A stretch of DNA of 64,000 nt from the human T2T-CHM13v2.0 reference genome, Homo sapiens: positions 20,672,001 to 20,736,000 of the forward strand of contig CP068257.2 of the NCBI GenBank assembly GCA_009914755.4, given 5' to 3'. Of this stretch, positions 1-14,345 are shown piece after piece (within the stretch, counting starts at the first letter, position 1; the number at the start of each line of letters is the position of its first letter). Made by a program: the position numbers and the translations under genes. The notes under the pieces were generated by a model, which had not been told where the DNA came from, did not search any database, and saw only the letters and a list, made by a program, of their open reading frames with translations.

Positions 1-1349
1 TGATGACATTGGCTTGAATTTGGCTGATAAAAAATTAGAAAAATAACTATACTTTTCCTATTGTACCATTTTTTCCTCTCAAGCAGAATAATATTTCTTC
101 TGCACCTGGAACCAGACTTCTGAACTCATTTCAAGTGACTGAACCATTATTGAGATATTAAAACAGGTGTTACTAAACCTACCAGTTATTAGGTTTTCTT
201 CATATATCTATAATTTTTAATGTACAAATATTTACTTATTTGTGTGTTATGCCCCTTTACTAGATTATCATTTCTGGAATATTCAAATCTGTATCACATT
301 CACTTTTTCCACAATACTTTGTATTCAATACTTATTTTCAAAATGTCATTTGTGTTGTTAATTACACGTAAATTCCTTGGTTCTCAAGTGACTTATTTTC
401 AGCAGGTGTAGAGAGAGATAATCCTGTATAAACTAGCATTCTGTATGCAGCTTTGGATTCATTGTGCACTTTGAAAAATCAAGATCTTGAGAGCAATGCT
501 TAAATTTACCGGGGAAATTTATTTTTAAGAACAATTGAAATTTGGTTATTTTTTACACACAGATTTCATGACTATAAATAAAAAGATTTTTGACTGTGTA
601 AATAAAGTTGATGTTGACAATTTATTTTTTAATAACAATAGTGAATATGTAATTATCTAAACCCGAAGTTAGCAATTTTATTTTATAAATGGCCAGGAAG
701 TTAATACTTGGCTTTGTGACCATACTCTCTCTTGCATCTATGCAACTCTGTCTGTCATTTTAGCATTAAAGAATCCATGGACAATAGGTAAATGAGTATG
801 TTGATTTTCAGTAAAACTTTACTTCAACAACATGCAGATAGCTTGACTTGATCATGGGCTATAGTTGCTTACTCTTAATCAAACACATGATTATATAAAA
901 AGACAAGTTATATTATTCAGTGAGTTTCTGATACTAATTTTTATAATTTTTATCACATTCTTAAATTGGTGAAAACCCTTTGTTGAAACCAAAGACTGTT
1001 TTCTGGTCTGTTTTGAATTCCTCTTTGTTGTCTATTCTAATGTTTTCATACTCGTTTTTATGATTATGTAAGTTTCCACATTGGGATGTATTTGTCCTTT
1101 GCATCTTTTAAAAATTCTTGAACATATGTTTGAGCTTCAATTTCTCAAGTACATCAATTAAATATTGGTAGCATATCTAGGGAGATGTCATCCTCACATT
1201 ATTCTCTACAGTGTTCTTTCGAATGACTTACTTTGCTGGAAAGTCTATTATCTATGGTCATGTGAGTTTATTTTTCTCTCTAAGTACTACTTTATCTGTT
1301 TGAATCCTTTTTCTATGAAGTTGATACAGTTAGTTGACAATGTAAAAGC

Positions 1350-1432
1350 AAGGAAAGAAGTGAGTGGTAAAGAAGAAAGGACAAAGAAAGAAAAAGTGAA
1401 AAGAAATGAGAGAAGGAAGGTCAAAGCAATGT
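1350..1432. repeat. Purine-rich (GA/AAG-type) low-complexity tract
   Basis: Run of aaggaaagaag...gaaagaaaaagtgaaaagaaatgagagaaggaagg. It translates to the K/E/R-rich tail of track ORF 1165..1434. Confidence 0.6.
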
Positions 1433-4299
1433 GATTTTGTTTTTTTGGAAGAAAGATTGGCTTCTTAAATGAAAGCAGGTATGAAAATACTCACTATATT
1501 TGACATTATTGTTTTGATCAGATGTCACATAAAATCCAAAATATGCCCAGGATTAACACATTAAATAGTCACCCGCTGTGCTTAATTATGTTATTGTCCC
1601 CAGTTATTGACTGCCTTCCCTATAAGGAAATTACACCTTTTTGCTAAATCCTATATGTCCTGCATGGACTCTTGATGGCATAACTTTTCTCCTTCTCTTT
1701 GACATCATATTGGACCTTGTGATTTGCTATGGCCAAAGAAAGGTGAGCGCTCCAAAAGAAATGGTAAAATCCTTTTTCTAGCTCTGGCATTGCTTTATCC
1801 ACTCTATCACAAATAACAGCATGACATAGTTTGGAGCTCTTCCTTCAGTTTAGATTCCTGAATAAAGAAGCTAAATGGAGCACAATTAGCAGTGCAGTTC
1901 CAAAGCCAAACTGCAGTTGGAATGTCGCATGGGTGAGAAAGAAATCACTGGTTGTGAGCCAATGAGATTTTGATGTTGTTACTACAGAATAACTTAGTAA
2001 GAGTTTAAAAATACAAAAAATATATAAGGACTGGGTGCTAAAGTAATTAAAATCTAATATAAGTGATATTGGCTTCAGGAAAAGGCAGCAGATAGCAAGA
2101 AAATTGTTACTAGAAATTGGACATTGAGAATCATCTTGTTCATAAGCACAAGCATCTAATAATCTGTTGTGATAACTTGAACGTCATACATTATACCAAT
2201 TGAGCTTCTGGATTATTAAAGAAGTTTACGAATACACTGCTGCAAACGTGCCTTAGTGTCTATAGGTTAGATTTACTAAGAACCTAAAAGAAAGAGTTGA
2301 GTTTCAAAAAGATTTGGCTGCCGTACAAGCAAAAATAAAAGAGAAAAGAGATATTCTATAAATTTCAAAATTTTTAATGATATGATATAATTTTTTTATC
2401 TACAACCAAATAAACTTAAATAGAGAAATGCAAAACAAAGACAAATAACTACCAAGTCTTAAATGTTAGACATAAAATCAGACACTTTATAGTTAGAAAA
2501 AAATGGCTCGAGGGAAATTCCAAGAGTTGGCTAATGGCTGTTAACCTCAAGCTATAAACAATGAAGACTAGAGAATAATGTGCCATATGTTGAAAATAAG
2601 TGTAAGTATAATATTTAGTGAATAGAGCCAACTGACATCAAATTGATTAAAAAGATGATTATATTTTTTGAAAAATCACTGCCAAAGGGCAAGCAGTTGA
2701 GACCTAAGCAGCTTGCATGGTTGATAGAAGGTGAGCAAAAGAGACCTATGCTGTGCCTGAGCAGTAGGGTAAAAAGTAATTGCAGGCATACCCCATTCTA
2801 TTGCACTTAAATTTATTGTGCTTCATAGAGAATGCATTTTTTTAACAAATTGAGGATTTGTGACAATTATGCATCTTTTGGCACTATTTTCCCAAAAGTA
2901 TGTGCTCATTTTGTGTCTCTGTGTCAGCAATTTTGTTGTAGCAATAATCTATTTTAAAATTAAGGTATGTACATGTTTGTTTGTAGTGCTATTGTACACA
3001 TAGACTACTGTATAGCAAAGAGAACCGTTACATAAACTAAGAATCCAACACATTTGTGTGACTGAATTTATTGTGATATTTGCTTTATTGCAGTGGTCTG
3101 GAACTGAGCCCACAATATCTTTCAGATATGCCTTTGTGTGATTCTCTTGTTGCTCTTTGCTTTTGCCAATGATAAAGGCATGTTTTGAATGTGGGCTGCT
3201 TTTCAAACATGAATTTTATCTTGAAGAAGACACATGGAACATTACAACTTATGTGTCTCAGCCACGATAGATAAAATGTAATGTTTCACATATTTAGTAC
3301 TGACTGAAAAATACATATTTATTATTATAAGTCCACTGATATAGAGGGGATGCATGTTAGTGAAGCATAACTTTGCAAACTCAAACTACAAAAGCACCAA
3401 TTGAATAAGAATAATAATATGTAGAAAATAGTTTTCGTGAGCCAGGAATTATTATTGGCATATTTTATGCATTGTTTCATACAATCCTTATAAAATGTCT
3501 TAAATTATGGAGTCCTCCATCAAGGAAAAATTTAAAATGGGAGGAAATAAGCAGATATGAACAATTAGAAATAAAAATGCTATTGTATTTCTTCAGAGAA
3601 ATGCAAAAGGTACATAGGTAATAGATCAATTTGTTCAGAATTCTGAAGAAAATTAGATTTAGAAATTTTGAGTACCTATTCTGAATACAAGAGAGACTTA
3701 AGGCATCCCATTCATTCTTTGCTGGTACATACTAAGCTTAGAGAGACAACTTCATTTTTAATAACAAAACAGAAACAGAGTGGGGGGACTATAAAAAATG
3801 CACAATATGAAGAGAAATTAATACACTAGAGATTCAAAGGAAGAATCTGTATAGTTCATAACTTTCAACAGAAAAAGTATGACCATTCTAACAAACCACT
3901 AAGCTAGTATTATTAAATCTAGGTGAGAGATTGATCCCTCGAAAAGAACAAAAAAAACAACAACAAATATTGTGCCATAAGAAATGTGTAGAATCAAATT
4001 TTAAATACACATATGTTCTATTTACTATATATGTAAAATAAGGAAATTGACTGAGTTTAGGAAAGCTGCAAGAGATCACACAATGTGAAGTAAGAATTGC
4101 TAGAGGAAGACTAATAAATAAAAGAATGACAAAGAAAATAAAGAGAAGTAAAAAATTACATATATACAGTTTTTATTAAATCAACAAATTTTAAAAAATA
4201 CATGTTAGCCATAGGTTGAAAGAAGTATTTTTAAAATATTCACTGTTTCCTAGGGAGAAAAATGACTTAGGAAATTGCAAAGTAAGAACCAAAAGATTT

Positions 4300-4860
4300 A
4301 GCTGAAAAAATTATATGGTAGATAGCAAATATGAGGCAGGGGCAGAGTCTGCACCTGCTCACTCATGTGCCCCTCAATACTCTGTGCCTGGCTCACCCTT
4401 GTCACATGTGGGATCCAAGCCAGTAGCATAAGCCGAGTGGGCAGAACAGGCTCAGCAGGCCTAAATAAAACTTGGGCAAAGGTGCCATCTGCCACAAAAA
4501 TTTCCAGCTGGCAAAGAGACACCCCAAGAATCCTGTGACATTACTCCTGCAAAAATGGCCATAATAAAAAAATCAAAAGATAATAGATATTGGTATGAAT
4601 GTAGTGAGAGGGGCACACTTTTACATGGCTGATGGGAATGTAAATGAGTACAAACACTGTGGAAAACAGTATGGAATATTCCTTAAAGAACTAAAAGTAG
4701 AACTACCATTTGATCCAACAGTATCACTACTGAGTATCTACCAAGAGGAAAAGAAGACATTATACAAAAGATACTTGCACACATATGTTTATAGCAGCAC
4801 AATTTACAATTGCAAAAATATAGAACCAGCCCAAATGCCCATCAATCAATGAGTGGGGAG

Positions 4861-4903
<43 letters not shown>

Positions 4904-5295
4904 CACATACACATACACACACACACTATGGAATACTACTCAGCCATAAAAAGGAATGAAATAATGGCATTTGCAGCAACCTAGATGGGATTGGAGACCA
5001 TTATTCTAAGTGATGTAACTCAGGAATGCAAAACCAAATATCGTATGTTCTCACTCATAAGTGGGAGCTACGTTATGAGGATGCAAAGGCATAAAAATGA
5101 CACAATGGACTGTGGGGACTCGGGAAAAGGATGGGGGTGTTGAGTGATAAGAGACTACACATTGGATACAGTGTACAGTGCTGGAGAGATGGGTGTACCA
5201 AAATTTCAGAAATCACTGCTAAAGAACTTATTTATGTAACCAAATACCACCTGTTTCCCAAAAAGCTATTGAAATAAACAAAATAAAAAAGATAA
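4300..5295 (+). mobile_element. L1 3' end (ORF2 C-terminal region plus 3' UTR), 5'-truncated
   Basis: Contains L1 hallmark strings tgttctcactcataagtgggagctac, ggtgtaccaaaatttcagaaatcactgctaaagaacttatttatgtaaccaaataccacctgtttcccaaaaagctattgaaataaac and an A-rich tail. The upstream boundary is uncertain. Confidence 0.8.
4863..4926. repeat. (CA)n microsatellite, about 30 units, nested in L1
   Basis: Perfect or near-perfect acacac run. Confidence 0.95.
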
Positions 5296-5520
5296 AGTTT
5301 AAGCAATATTTATATTGTAAAGAATAAATTTGGTTAAAATATTTGTTTGATTAAAAACTTCTTAGCCAGATATTATTAACTAGACAAACTGAAATAACTG
5401 AATTATTTGTCAAATAATATTTTATAAGTATAATTAACTAAACGTTAATTTAGCAGCATAAAAAGTAATTAATACAAAACCATGAACGAATAAATTTTAA
5501 AACAAGGGATAATTAAAAGC

Positions 5521-5526
<6 letters not shown>

Positions 5527-5568
<42 letters not shown>
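5527..5568. repeat. (GT)n microsatellite, about 21 units
   Basis: Perfect gtgtgt run. Confidence 0.95.
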
Positions 5569-5570
<2 letters not shown>

Positions 5571-7046
5571 AGGAACGGATCTCTAAAAAATCAATTTGAG
5601 TCAACATCTGGGTTATATGCCTAAGCAAAGGACAAATAATATAGAATGATACAAGAAATAAGACTATAAATTACCAATGTGTAAAAGAATTTAGATGTTT
5701 TATAATAAAATATTTGCTAAAATATTTCCTTGAAAAAGTATAAATTTCAAAAAAGCAATTTTAGGTATATATTATTAGAACTACCTCAATTGGCATTTAA
5801 AAGCAAAAGAATAATTACCAAAGTTGAAATGAACACATTTATGAAGGAATGTCTTCTATAAATGCTAGGCCAACATGCTACTTAAAAGAATTTAGCAGCA
5901 TATTAACATAAGTAGTTTTCAAATTGGTCAAAAACAGTTGGGTTGCTTGTTTTAGTTTCCCCAGAAGCACACATTCGAATATGGGTTTGGCTGCAAATTG
6001 TTTGATAGGTAATCTTAAGAAGCACTGGTATGTAAAAGGGAAAGTTAGACAGGGAAAGAAAGGATGACATTGATGTTGTCTAATGATACGGTTACCACTG
6101 ATGGGGACTTCTAGGAGACAGCATAGAATGTGTTTTCAAATTGTTTCTCTTGTACATGTGAAGTTGGAATATTTATCTGTTAAGTTGTATCATTGGTTTA
6201 AGACCATTCTCGAGCATACATACTCTTCACATGCATGTGGACAGAGTTCGCATGTTTTCTGCTGATCTGAGCCTTCTGGCCAAGGAACATCCTTAGGAAG
6301 AGTGTGGCCAGTGCTTGTAGCAGAAACCATTGGCCTTTCAGAGAATAGTAAGTGCCAGGAAGGTGTGGAGTGAGCACTAACAACTTCTATAGGCAATAAA
6401 ATAAGAATGCCATAACATAGAAAACAAGTAGCACGCACATACACACACACAGAGTAAAGCTCTCTCAACTACAGACAAAATTCATTCACGAGTGCTATTA
6501 TAAAAGCCTTTAGCAAATTAAGAGGAAAACGTGACATAGCAAAATGGAATTTGTCAGCAAGGAATCACTATTATATTTCACATTTTATTAGCTAAATTAA
6601 GAAAAGTGAAGCATATGCCTATCTCAATATTTGCCATAAAGTAATAAACTTTAACATGCAGGAATGCCAATGATATGATTACAGTTTTGCCATTAGAAGT
6701 AGTCTTAGGAACATGAAAAAGATTTCTACAAACACAAGTAATTCATAGCATCGCAGTGGAGATGACTGGTTAATGACTAGAATAACCCTCTTAATGCCGT
6801 GAGTGTCATTAACTCCCCACACTTGAAAAACCCCAAGAAGGACCATAATTTTGAATTTTCTTACAGTGGTTGAATTATGAGAAATAAAATTATGAGAAAG
6901 AAAAGATGACTAACCTTTAGGTTCCTGGGGAAACAAATTAATCCATTAATTGAATCAATTATTAATGACACACTCAGCAAACATAGCCATTACAGTCAAA
7001 GGTAATCATGGGTCCTTACCTGGGGTCTAGTAGAGCTTACAGTTTT

Positions 7047-7790
7047 TTTTTTTCTTAACAAAAATATCTGTACATGTTTCATGTACACAATTTAGTGCAT
7101 ATGCCTGTAGCCATAAAATCACCACAATAAGGATAATAAATATACTCATCATTCCTAAAAGTTTCCATGTATTTCTTTGGGGAGGCGGTGTGTGTGCTGA
7201 TGTGTTTCAAATGTGTATGTGTTTGTGTGTGGTTAGAACACTTAACATGAGCTCTACCTTCTTCGTAAATTTTAAGTATACAATAGTGAATTGTTAACTA
7301 TAGGCACAATGTTGTTTAGCAGATTTCTAGAACTTACTCATCTTGCATAACTAAAACTTTATATCCATTGTGTAACAATTCCTATCTTTCCTTCCTCCTA
7401 GCCCTTGACATCCACTATTCTATTCTCTGCCTCTAGAAGTCTGACTATTTTTAGAACTCATATAAATGAAATCATGCAGTATTTGTACTTCTGTGACTGG
7501 CTTATTTCACTTAGTAGATGTCCTCCAGGTCTATGTTTTCCCAAGTTGTAGGATTTTCTTCTTTATTTTAAAAAACTGGATAATATTTCATGGTACATGT
7601 ACATTATGTTTTCTCTGTCCACTCATCTGTCTATTGAAATTTGGGTCATATCTGTAGCTTGGTTACTGTGAATAATACTGCAACTTTCATTAGTGCAATA
7701 TCTCTTTGATATCATGATTTCACTTATTTTGGATGTATATCCGGGAGTGAGATTGCTGAATTGTATGGTAGTTCAATCACTGAATTCAAT
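7047..7790 (-). mobile_element. Old L1 3' end (antisense), poly-T at 7047-7057
   Basis: Antisense old-L1 3' UTR/ORF2-end motifs: ggcttatttcacttagtagatgtcctccaggt and gggagtgagattgctgaattgtatggtagttc. It starts with a T-run. Confidence 0.75.
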
Positions 7791-7799
7791 ACATTTTAG

Positions 7800-8395
7800 G
7801 GATACCAAATCAACATATAAAAATCAACTGTGTTTCTATACATTAACAATGAACTGTCCAAAAGGAAATTAAGAAAATAATACCACATCTCTTCCACAAC
7901 AATGTGAATACACTTAACACTACTGTACTGTATACATAAAATCAGTTAAAGTGGTAAATGTTATGTTAACTGCAATTTAAAAAATTAAACTAGAATTCCG
8001 GTTCAGAATTTTTTTAAAAAATAAAACAATCCCATATATAAAAGCATCAAAAAAAAATACCTAGTAATAAGCCTAACCAAGAAGGTGAAAGACTTGTACA
8101 CTGAAATCTATAAAACAATGATGAAATAAAGCACACAAACTCATTTTCATGGATTGGATGACTCATTATTATTAAAATGTCCGTACGATCTAAAGTGATC
8201 TACTGATTTCATAATATCTTCATCAAAACTCCAGTGGGATTTTTTGCAGAAATAGAAAAAAAATCTAAAATTTATACAGAATAACAAGAGTTTGAATAGC
8301 CAAAGTGATCTTGAAAAAGAATACAGCTGGAGGCATCAGCTCTCTGATTTCAAAAATATATTACAAAGCTACAGTAATTAAAACAGTATCTGTTT
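7800..8395 (+). mobile_element. L1 ORF2 internal fragment (sense)
   Basis: Matches L1 ORF2: caaatcaacatataaaaatcaactgtgtttctatacattaacaatgaactgtccaaaaggaaattaagaaaataatacc, ggtgaaagacttgtacactgaaa, ccaaagtgatcttgaaaaagaatacagctggaggcatcag and aaacagtat. Confidence 0.75.
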
Positions 8396-8879
8396 CCAAG
8401 GATGATTAGGAAGGAACATGTGAGAATGATGGAATTACCTCCACCAGATTCTCTTCACTGTGCTTCTTTCGGAATATGAAATTGAATTGATACTATCAGC
8501 CATTTAAATTGTGATTTAAGTGTTTTTATTTCATTATAATACGTGATAAACATATCAGTAATTTCAGAGTCTCATGCTTTATTTCATGTATTAGCTTTAA
8601 TTTGGGTAATTATTAATTTGATCATATAAGTAAAATCATTCTTCCTGCTTTACTATTTCCTGAAATATATACCTTCGAGATTAAAAAAGTGAAAAATTAT
8701 TCAGATAAATAATTTATTGTGAACAGTTTTGCAACACCATGTATTTTAGTGTTCCTCTCTTCAGCAAGTTGCATTCATACAATGATAATAACAACAACAT
8801 CATACTAGATTTTTTTCACTACCAATGGAGTATTTAGAATATTTATTTCTAGTGAAAGGGTTGTCCAACAACTACTTTC

Positions 8880-9630
8880 ACAAAAACAAAAGTTTCAGTT
8901 GCTTAAATGTTAATTTTCTATTGACACATAATACGTGTATGCCGGTATGGGATATGTATAATATTTGTTACGTGCATAGAATGTGTAATGATCAAGTCAG
9001 GGTATTTAAGGTATTCAGCAGCTTGAGTATTTGTCATTTCCTTGTGTTGGGAACATTTCAACTTCTCTATTTTAGCTATTTTGAAATAAACAATACATTA
9101 TTGTTAACAACAATGTTATTGATCATTAGAACTTATTCTTCTTATCTAACTGTATTTTTGTAGCTATTTACTAAACTCTCTTCATCTCCCCCACATGTAT
9201 TCTTACACCCTTCTCAGACTCTGGTAACTATTATGCTACTTCATGAAAATAACTTTTTAAGCCCCCACATACGAGTGAAAAGATGTGATATTTGTCTTTC
9301 TGTGCCTGGCTTATTTCTCTTAACATAATGACCTCTAGTTTTATCCCCGTTGCTAAACATGACAAGATTTTAGCCTTTTTATGGCTGACTAGTATTCTAT
9401 TATGTATATATGCCACATCTTCTTTATCCATCCCATCCATTGATGGACACTTAGGTTAATTCCATATCTTTTCTATTGTGAATAGTGCTGCGATAAACAT
9501 ATCAGCGCAGGTATCTCTTTGATATAGTGATAGCCTTTCCTTTGGATAAATACCCAGTAGTGGGAATGCTGGTTCATATGGTAGTTCTGTATTTAGCTTT
9601 ATGAAAAATCTCCATACCGTTTTAATGCTT
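8880..9630 (-). mobile_element. Old L1 3' end fragment (antisense)
   Basis: gcctggcttatttctcttaacataatgacctctagtt, ggacacttaggttaattccatatcttttctattgtgaatagtgctgcgataaacat and atacccagtagtgggaatgctggttcatatggtag. Confidence 0.7.
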
Positions 9631-11261
9631 AAAATACTAGAACATGGAATAAAGTTATTTTTGCAAGTGCATTTTAAAACAATTAGAGCTACGCACTGAA
9701 GAAAAACATTTTCTGCTAAAGTAGTATGTGCCTCACTGAAAAGTATTCTTGTTTAATAGAAGTATTATATCTTATAATAAATCCAAACTATAATAAAATT
9801 CAATTAAGCACATGCTATTTTCAATTCAGTAAGGTAGGCAATGTGGGAATTTAGATTCAAATGTGTATGGTTTCTCTTCTGGAATCTAGAATCAATATTG
9901 TAAAAGGCTTGTAAAAAAAATGACTATACTTTGAAAAGAATTAAGAAGATGTATAAATGGAATCCTGAGACAAGAGAGAAACAGGGAAAATTAATTCTAC
10001 AGAGTAATTTAGGAAAGTAGCAGATGTGGGAATCATCAAATGATCTGTACAAAAAAGAATTTGAGGTAAGTAGCACTGTTAGAGTTAGGTCACTGACAGA
10101 CTGAGAAGTACGTAAGTTCTTAGGAAGCAAGGTTGAAGGCAATTTAACAATAATGAAAAGTGCAGGCCATAAATATGGAATAGCAAGATATCAGGGCTAC
10201 ATCACCAAATATTTACTATACACCTATTATGTACCAAGCTGTTTTCTTAGCACTGAGGATTAAACTATCACTTGGAGACGTTAAAGTCCTTTTTCGTATG
10301 AAGCTCATTATCTGTTTGAGGTGAGAGTAGGGGATGACAAAATATTAAATTTAAAAAGTAAAAAATAATGAATAAATAATAATCACTAATTTGAGAGCAA
10401 AATAGGGTGTATGATAGAAACTGACTGGGTGGCTACTTTTGATTGGTTTTGCAGGCAAGAGCTCCCTGTGCTTATGTGACACATATGATTCGTTAAGTGT
10501 TTACTTTATGCCTTACACCGTGTTCATTATATCAACTAACAACTCTCCATTTCTCAACTTTGCACATAAATTATTGTATATTTTCTGCATACATATGCAA
10601 ACACACACACACATATACAGATGCATTAACAGAAGATACAATATCATGAAAATTACAAAAAGAAAATTGAAGGCAGAAGATCTAAGTGAATTCTTAAATT
10701 CTAAGTTATTCTTAACCTCTAAGTTATTGACTTTCTGACCTGTTATTCATTACATTCATGGTGTGATAATAGCAGCCAACTCACAAGAGATCCATGAGAA
10801 AAAAATGAAATCCTATAAGTGGATATACAGTAGTTTGAAAACTACATATTAGAAGTGGCAATGTACAAATATGTTTATCACCATCTTCATATAATTATTT
10901 GTATACATGTCTAAATAGCATAATAATGGGAATAATACCAACAGAAAGTCCCAGTAACTTGAACTGATATTATATGTAGCCATACTACTGCAGTCAAAGG
11001 TAGATATTGAAATATAGGAAGTGATTCTATAGTAAATTATTAAACGAATGGGAAAATTCTTTCTGCATGGAAGTTTTTTCACATTATAGTTAAAAATAAA
11101 GTGATTTATAGTAATAATTAAATTAATATATAGTAATAAATAATAGAATATATACATACTAATGATTAGTTAGTTTTAGTACCTATAGGTAGTCTAACAG
11201 AGTATAAAGTTACTTATTATATTACCTTTGAACTGGAAGCTCATGGGGCTCTTTGTTTTGT

Positions 11262-11264
<3 letters not shown>

Positions 11265-11293
<29 letters not shown>

Positions 11294-11582
11294 TGAGGCG
11301 GAGTTACTGCTGTTGCCCAGGCTGGAGTGCAACGGCACAATCTTGGCTCACTGAGACCTGCACCTCCTGGGTTCAAGCAATTCTCCTGCCTCAGCCTCCT
11401 GAGTAGCTGGGATTACAGATGCGTGCTACCACAGCCAGAAAAATTTTGTATTTTTAATAGAGGCAGGGTTTCGCCATGTTGGCCAAGCTGTTCTCAAACT
11501 CTTGACCTCACATCATCCACCCACCTTGGCTAGGTAATCCCAAAGTGCTAGTATTACAGGCGTGAGCCACCACGCCCAGTCG
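11265..11582 (-). mobile_element. Alu (antisense; poly-T then gaggcggagttactgctgttgcccaggctggagtgc)
   Basis: Full dimeric Alu in reverse complement, ending ggcgtgagccaccacgcccagtcgg. Confidence 0.95.
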
Positions 11583-12674
11583 GTCTCTTTTTATTTCTGA
11601 CAGTTTCATGTAGATAAATAAAACATATATTAAGACACAATTAGAGAATAAACAAGAAATTATTATGTTATTAGGGATGTCATTCTGAGAAGAAATTACA
11701 TTTTCAAAAAAATTATTTGAAGCAAATAGTAAGAGGTTCACATAAATTATATAAACAAAAACATTAAAGGATTAGAGGAAAGAATTGAGTTGTTGTGTGA
11801 AATTTAATTTCTGTATGCAAGACCACTTTCAGCTTGAAAGACTTTAGTAGGCCTATTACCTTATAAGCCCTGTGCTTCACTGTTCCACATGGATCTCACA
11901 GTGAGAACTTACACTCAGCTGAGAGATCTAGCAGAAAATTGTACTCATTATGCAATAGAAGAAGAGAAAAAATAGGGCAAAAATTATTTCTGAAGTTTAA
12001 ATGGATGACATGATCATCAGATTCATGAAGAAAGACAGCAGAGTCACATAATATACATGGAATGTATGAGAGAAAAAATAAAATATATTGACCAAAACCA
12101 GAAGGTTTAACACAACACCAAGAGGAGTTAAAAACTTAAGAAGAAAAAAAAAATGGAGCAAGAGTTATAATCAATAAAATAATCTATAGATTGCAATTTC
12201 TGTCATTATGCTATAAAACCTATTCATAAATGGGACTATTTCTAACCTCATCCATTGCCACTGACATTTCTTCTCTGGACTATCATATTAACTTTCTAAT
12301 TGTCCTTTATCTATTGCAAACATTTTGTCCCTTCTCCAGATAGTTACAAGATTATAGCCAGTGATTTTGTGAAACATAGTATTATCCAGATCTTATGTAG
12401 TTCCCTTGTCAAGAATACCAGTGGCCTCTGAACTCAGTCAGGGTAAAACCAAACTCCTTTCAATGTTCTACAGTGTCCTGCAATTTTCACCCCTGTTAAC
12501 TCTGACCCCATCTCTTACCGATTTTCCTCAGCTCATATAGGATTCTTTCTTTAGAGTCTTTTCACTGCTATTTTTTAAACAAATATTTTCAAATGTTAAA
12601 TGAATCATTACTTTACCCTTTTTAGCTCTTAACACACATAACACCTTCTCGATGAGGTCTTTCTGGGTGACTGC

Positions 12675-12967
12675 ATTTTTTTTAAGAGACAGGATTTCCT
12701 CTGCTGCTCGGTGGTGCCATCATAGCTCACTGCATCCTGCAACTCCTGGGTTCAACTGTTCTTCCCACCTCAGCCTCCTGAGTAGCTTGGACTATAGGCA
12801 TGGGCCACCATGCCTGGCTAATTTTATTTTTATTTGTATTTATTTATTTAGAGATGGCGTCTTGTAATATTAATCAGGCTGCCCTGAAACTCCTGGCATC
12901 AAGCATCCTACCACCTTTGCCTCCCAAAGTGCTAGGATTACAGCCATGAGCTACTGTGCCAGGCTGG
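12675..12967 (-). mobile_element. Alu (antisense)
   Basis: Reverse-complement Alu: ctcactgcatcctgcaactcctgggttcaa...cctcccaaagtgctaggattacagccatgagctactgtgccaggctgg. Confidence 0.95.
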
Positions 12968-13828
12968 TCATTGCATTTTAATTGAAACCAACCGTGTCAC
13001 TAAATATCTGCTCCACTTTCTCTCTGGCAATCATTGCTATCTAAACTTTATAAATTGTTTTTTATTTATCTTTTCTTTTCTTTTCTCTGTTATTAGAATG
13101 TTAGCTCCAAAATAACAAGAAATTTTGTCTTATTTTTAAAAATTTTTATTGCTACGTTCCCAACAGCCTAACAGTTTATGGGATATAGCAGATGCCTAAT
13201 AATGAATGAAGACATACTTAATAATTAATTCAAGGATGATGCTTACGTGAGTAAATCAAATTTAGAATAGGATAAATAAAATCTCCCACAATTAGAGATA
13301 TCTGTATAACATTTCAGAACAAAACAAAAAGTATTATTGTGGAAAGAATAGTTAATATCTTTGGTTTTTCACATACCTGTGATCCTTACAGGGGAAAACC
13401 TTCATGTTTTGGCCATATTTCCTCAGGCTAGTTGCCAGCAACAACCCTTATTTAGCAATAAGAAGACCGTTTGCTTCATGTGTTGTCACTAGTATCTTCT
13501 TAACAGGAAAGTTAATCAAGTCTGGAAATATGTTCTATGAGTTCCATGATGCCCCTTCATGTAGATTTCCCCTATATATTGCCCTCCAAACACCCCCCAT
13601 CCTCTTCTTCTGTGCCATCATCATTTCATCTTCTAGCAGGTTGTTTGAGAAGACTGCTATTCTGGTCAAGTGAATGAACTACTAATCAGCATTGACTCTA
13701 TTCCTTTATTTTCTTGAAGGGAACCAATACATTAATGTTAACTATTACATTTTGACTGATGAGTTCATGGAGATGAATCTGACTTATGGTACGTTTGAAA
13801 AATAAGCATTGTATCTTACTTAACATAG

Positions 13829-14345
13829 TGTATTAGTCAGGGCTCTCTAAGGGGACAGAACTAATAAGATATACGCATATATGAAGGGGAGTTTATTAGG
13901 AGAATTGACTCACATAATCACATAGTGAAGTCCCACAATAGGCCATCTGCAAGCTGAGGAGCAAGGAAGCCAATTCAACTCCCAAAACCTCTAAAGTAGG
14001 GAATCTGACAGTGCACCTTCAGTCTGTGTCTGAAGGCTCAAGAGCCCCTGGTAAATCACTGGTGTAAGCCCAAGAGTCCAAAAGCTGAAGAACTTGGAGT
14101 CTAATGTTCAAATACAGGCAGTATCCAGCATGGGAGGAAAGATGGAAGCCAGAAAACTCAGTAAGTCTGCTTTCCACCTTCTCCTCCCTGCTTTATTCTA
14201 GCTGTGCTGGCGGCTGATTAGATGGTACCCACCCAGATTGAGAGTCGATCTGCCTCTCCCAGGCAACACCCTCACAGACACACCCAGGAACAATACTTTG
14301 CATCCTTCAATTCAATCAAGTTGACACTAAATATTAACCATCACA
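13829..14345 (+). mobile_element. Unclassified LTR-like interspersed repeat (TGTATTAGTCAGGG...ACCATCACA type)
   Basis: Begins TG and ends CA. It matches a widely dispersed mammalian repeat I recognise but cannot name with confidence. Confidence 0.5.

Noticed and set aside
3300-4300. Possible additional old L1 sequence upstream of the L1 3' end at 4300-5295
   Set aside because: Only weak, patchy resemblance to L1 ORF2. The region is AT-rich low-complexity, and I could not support a call without an alignment tool.
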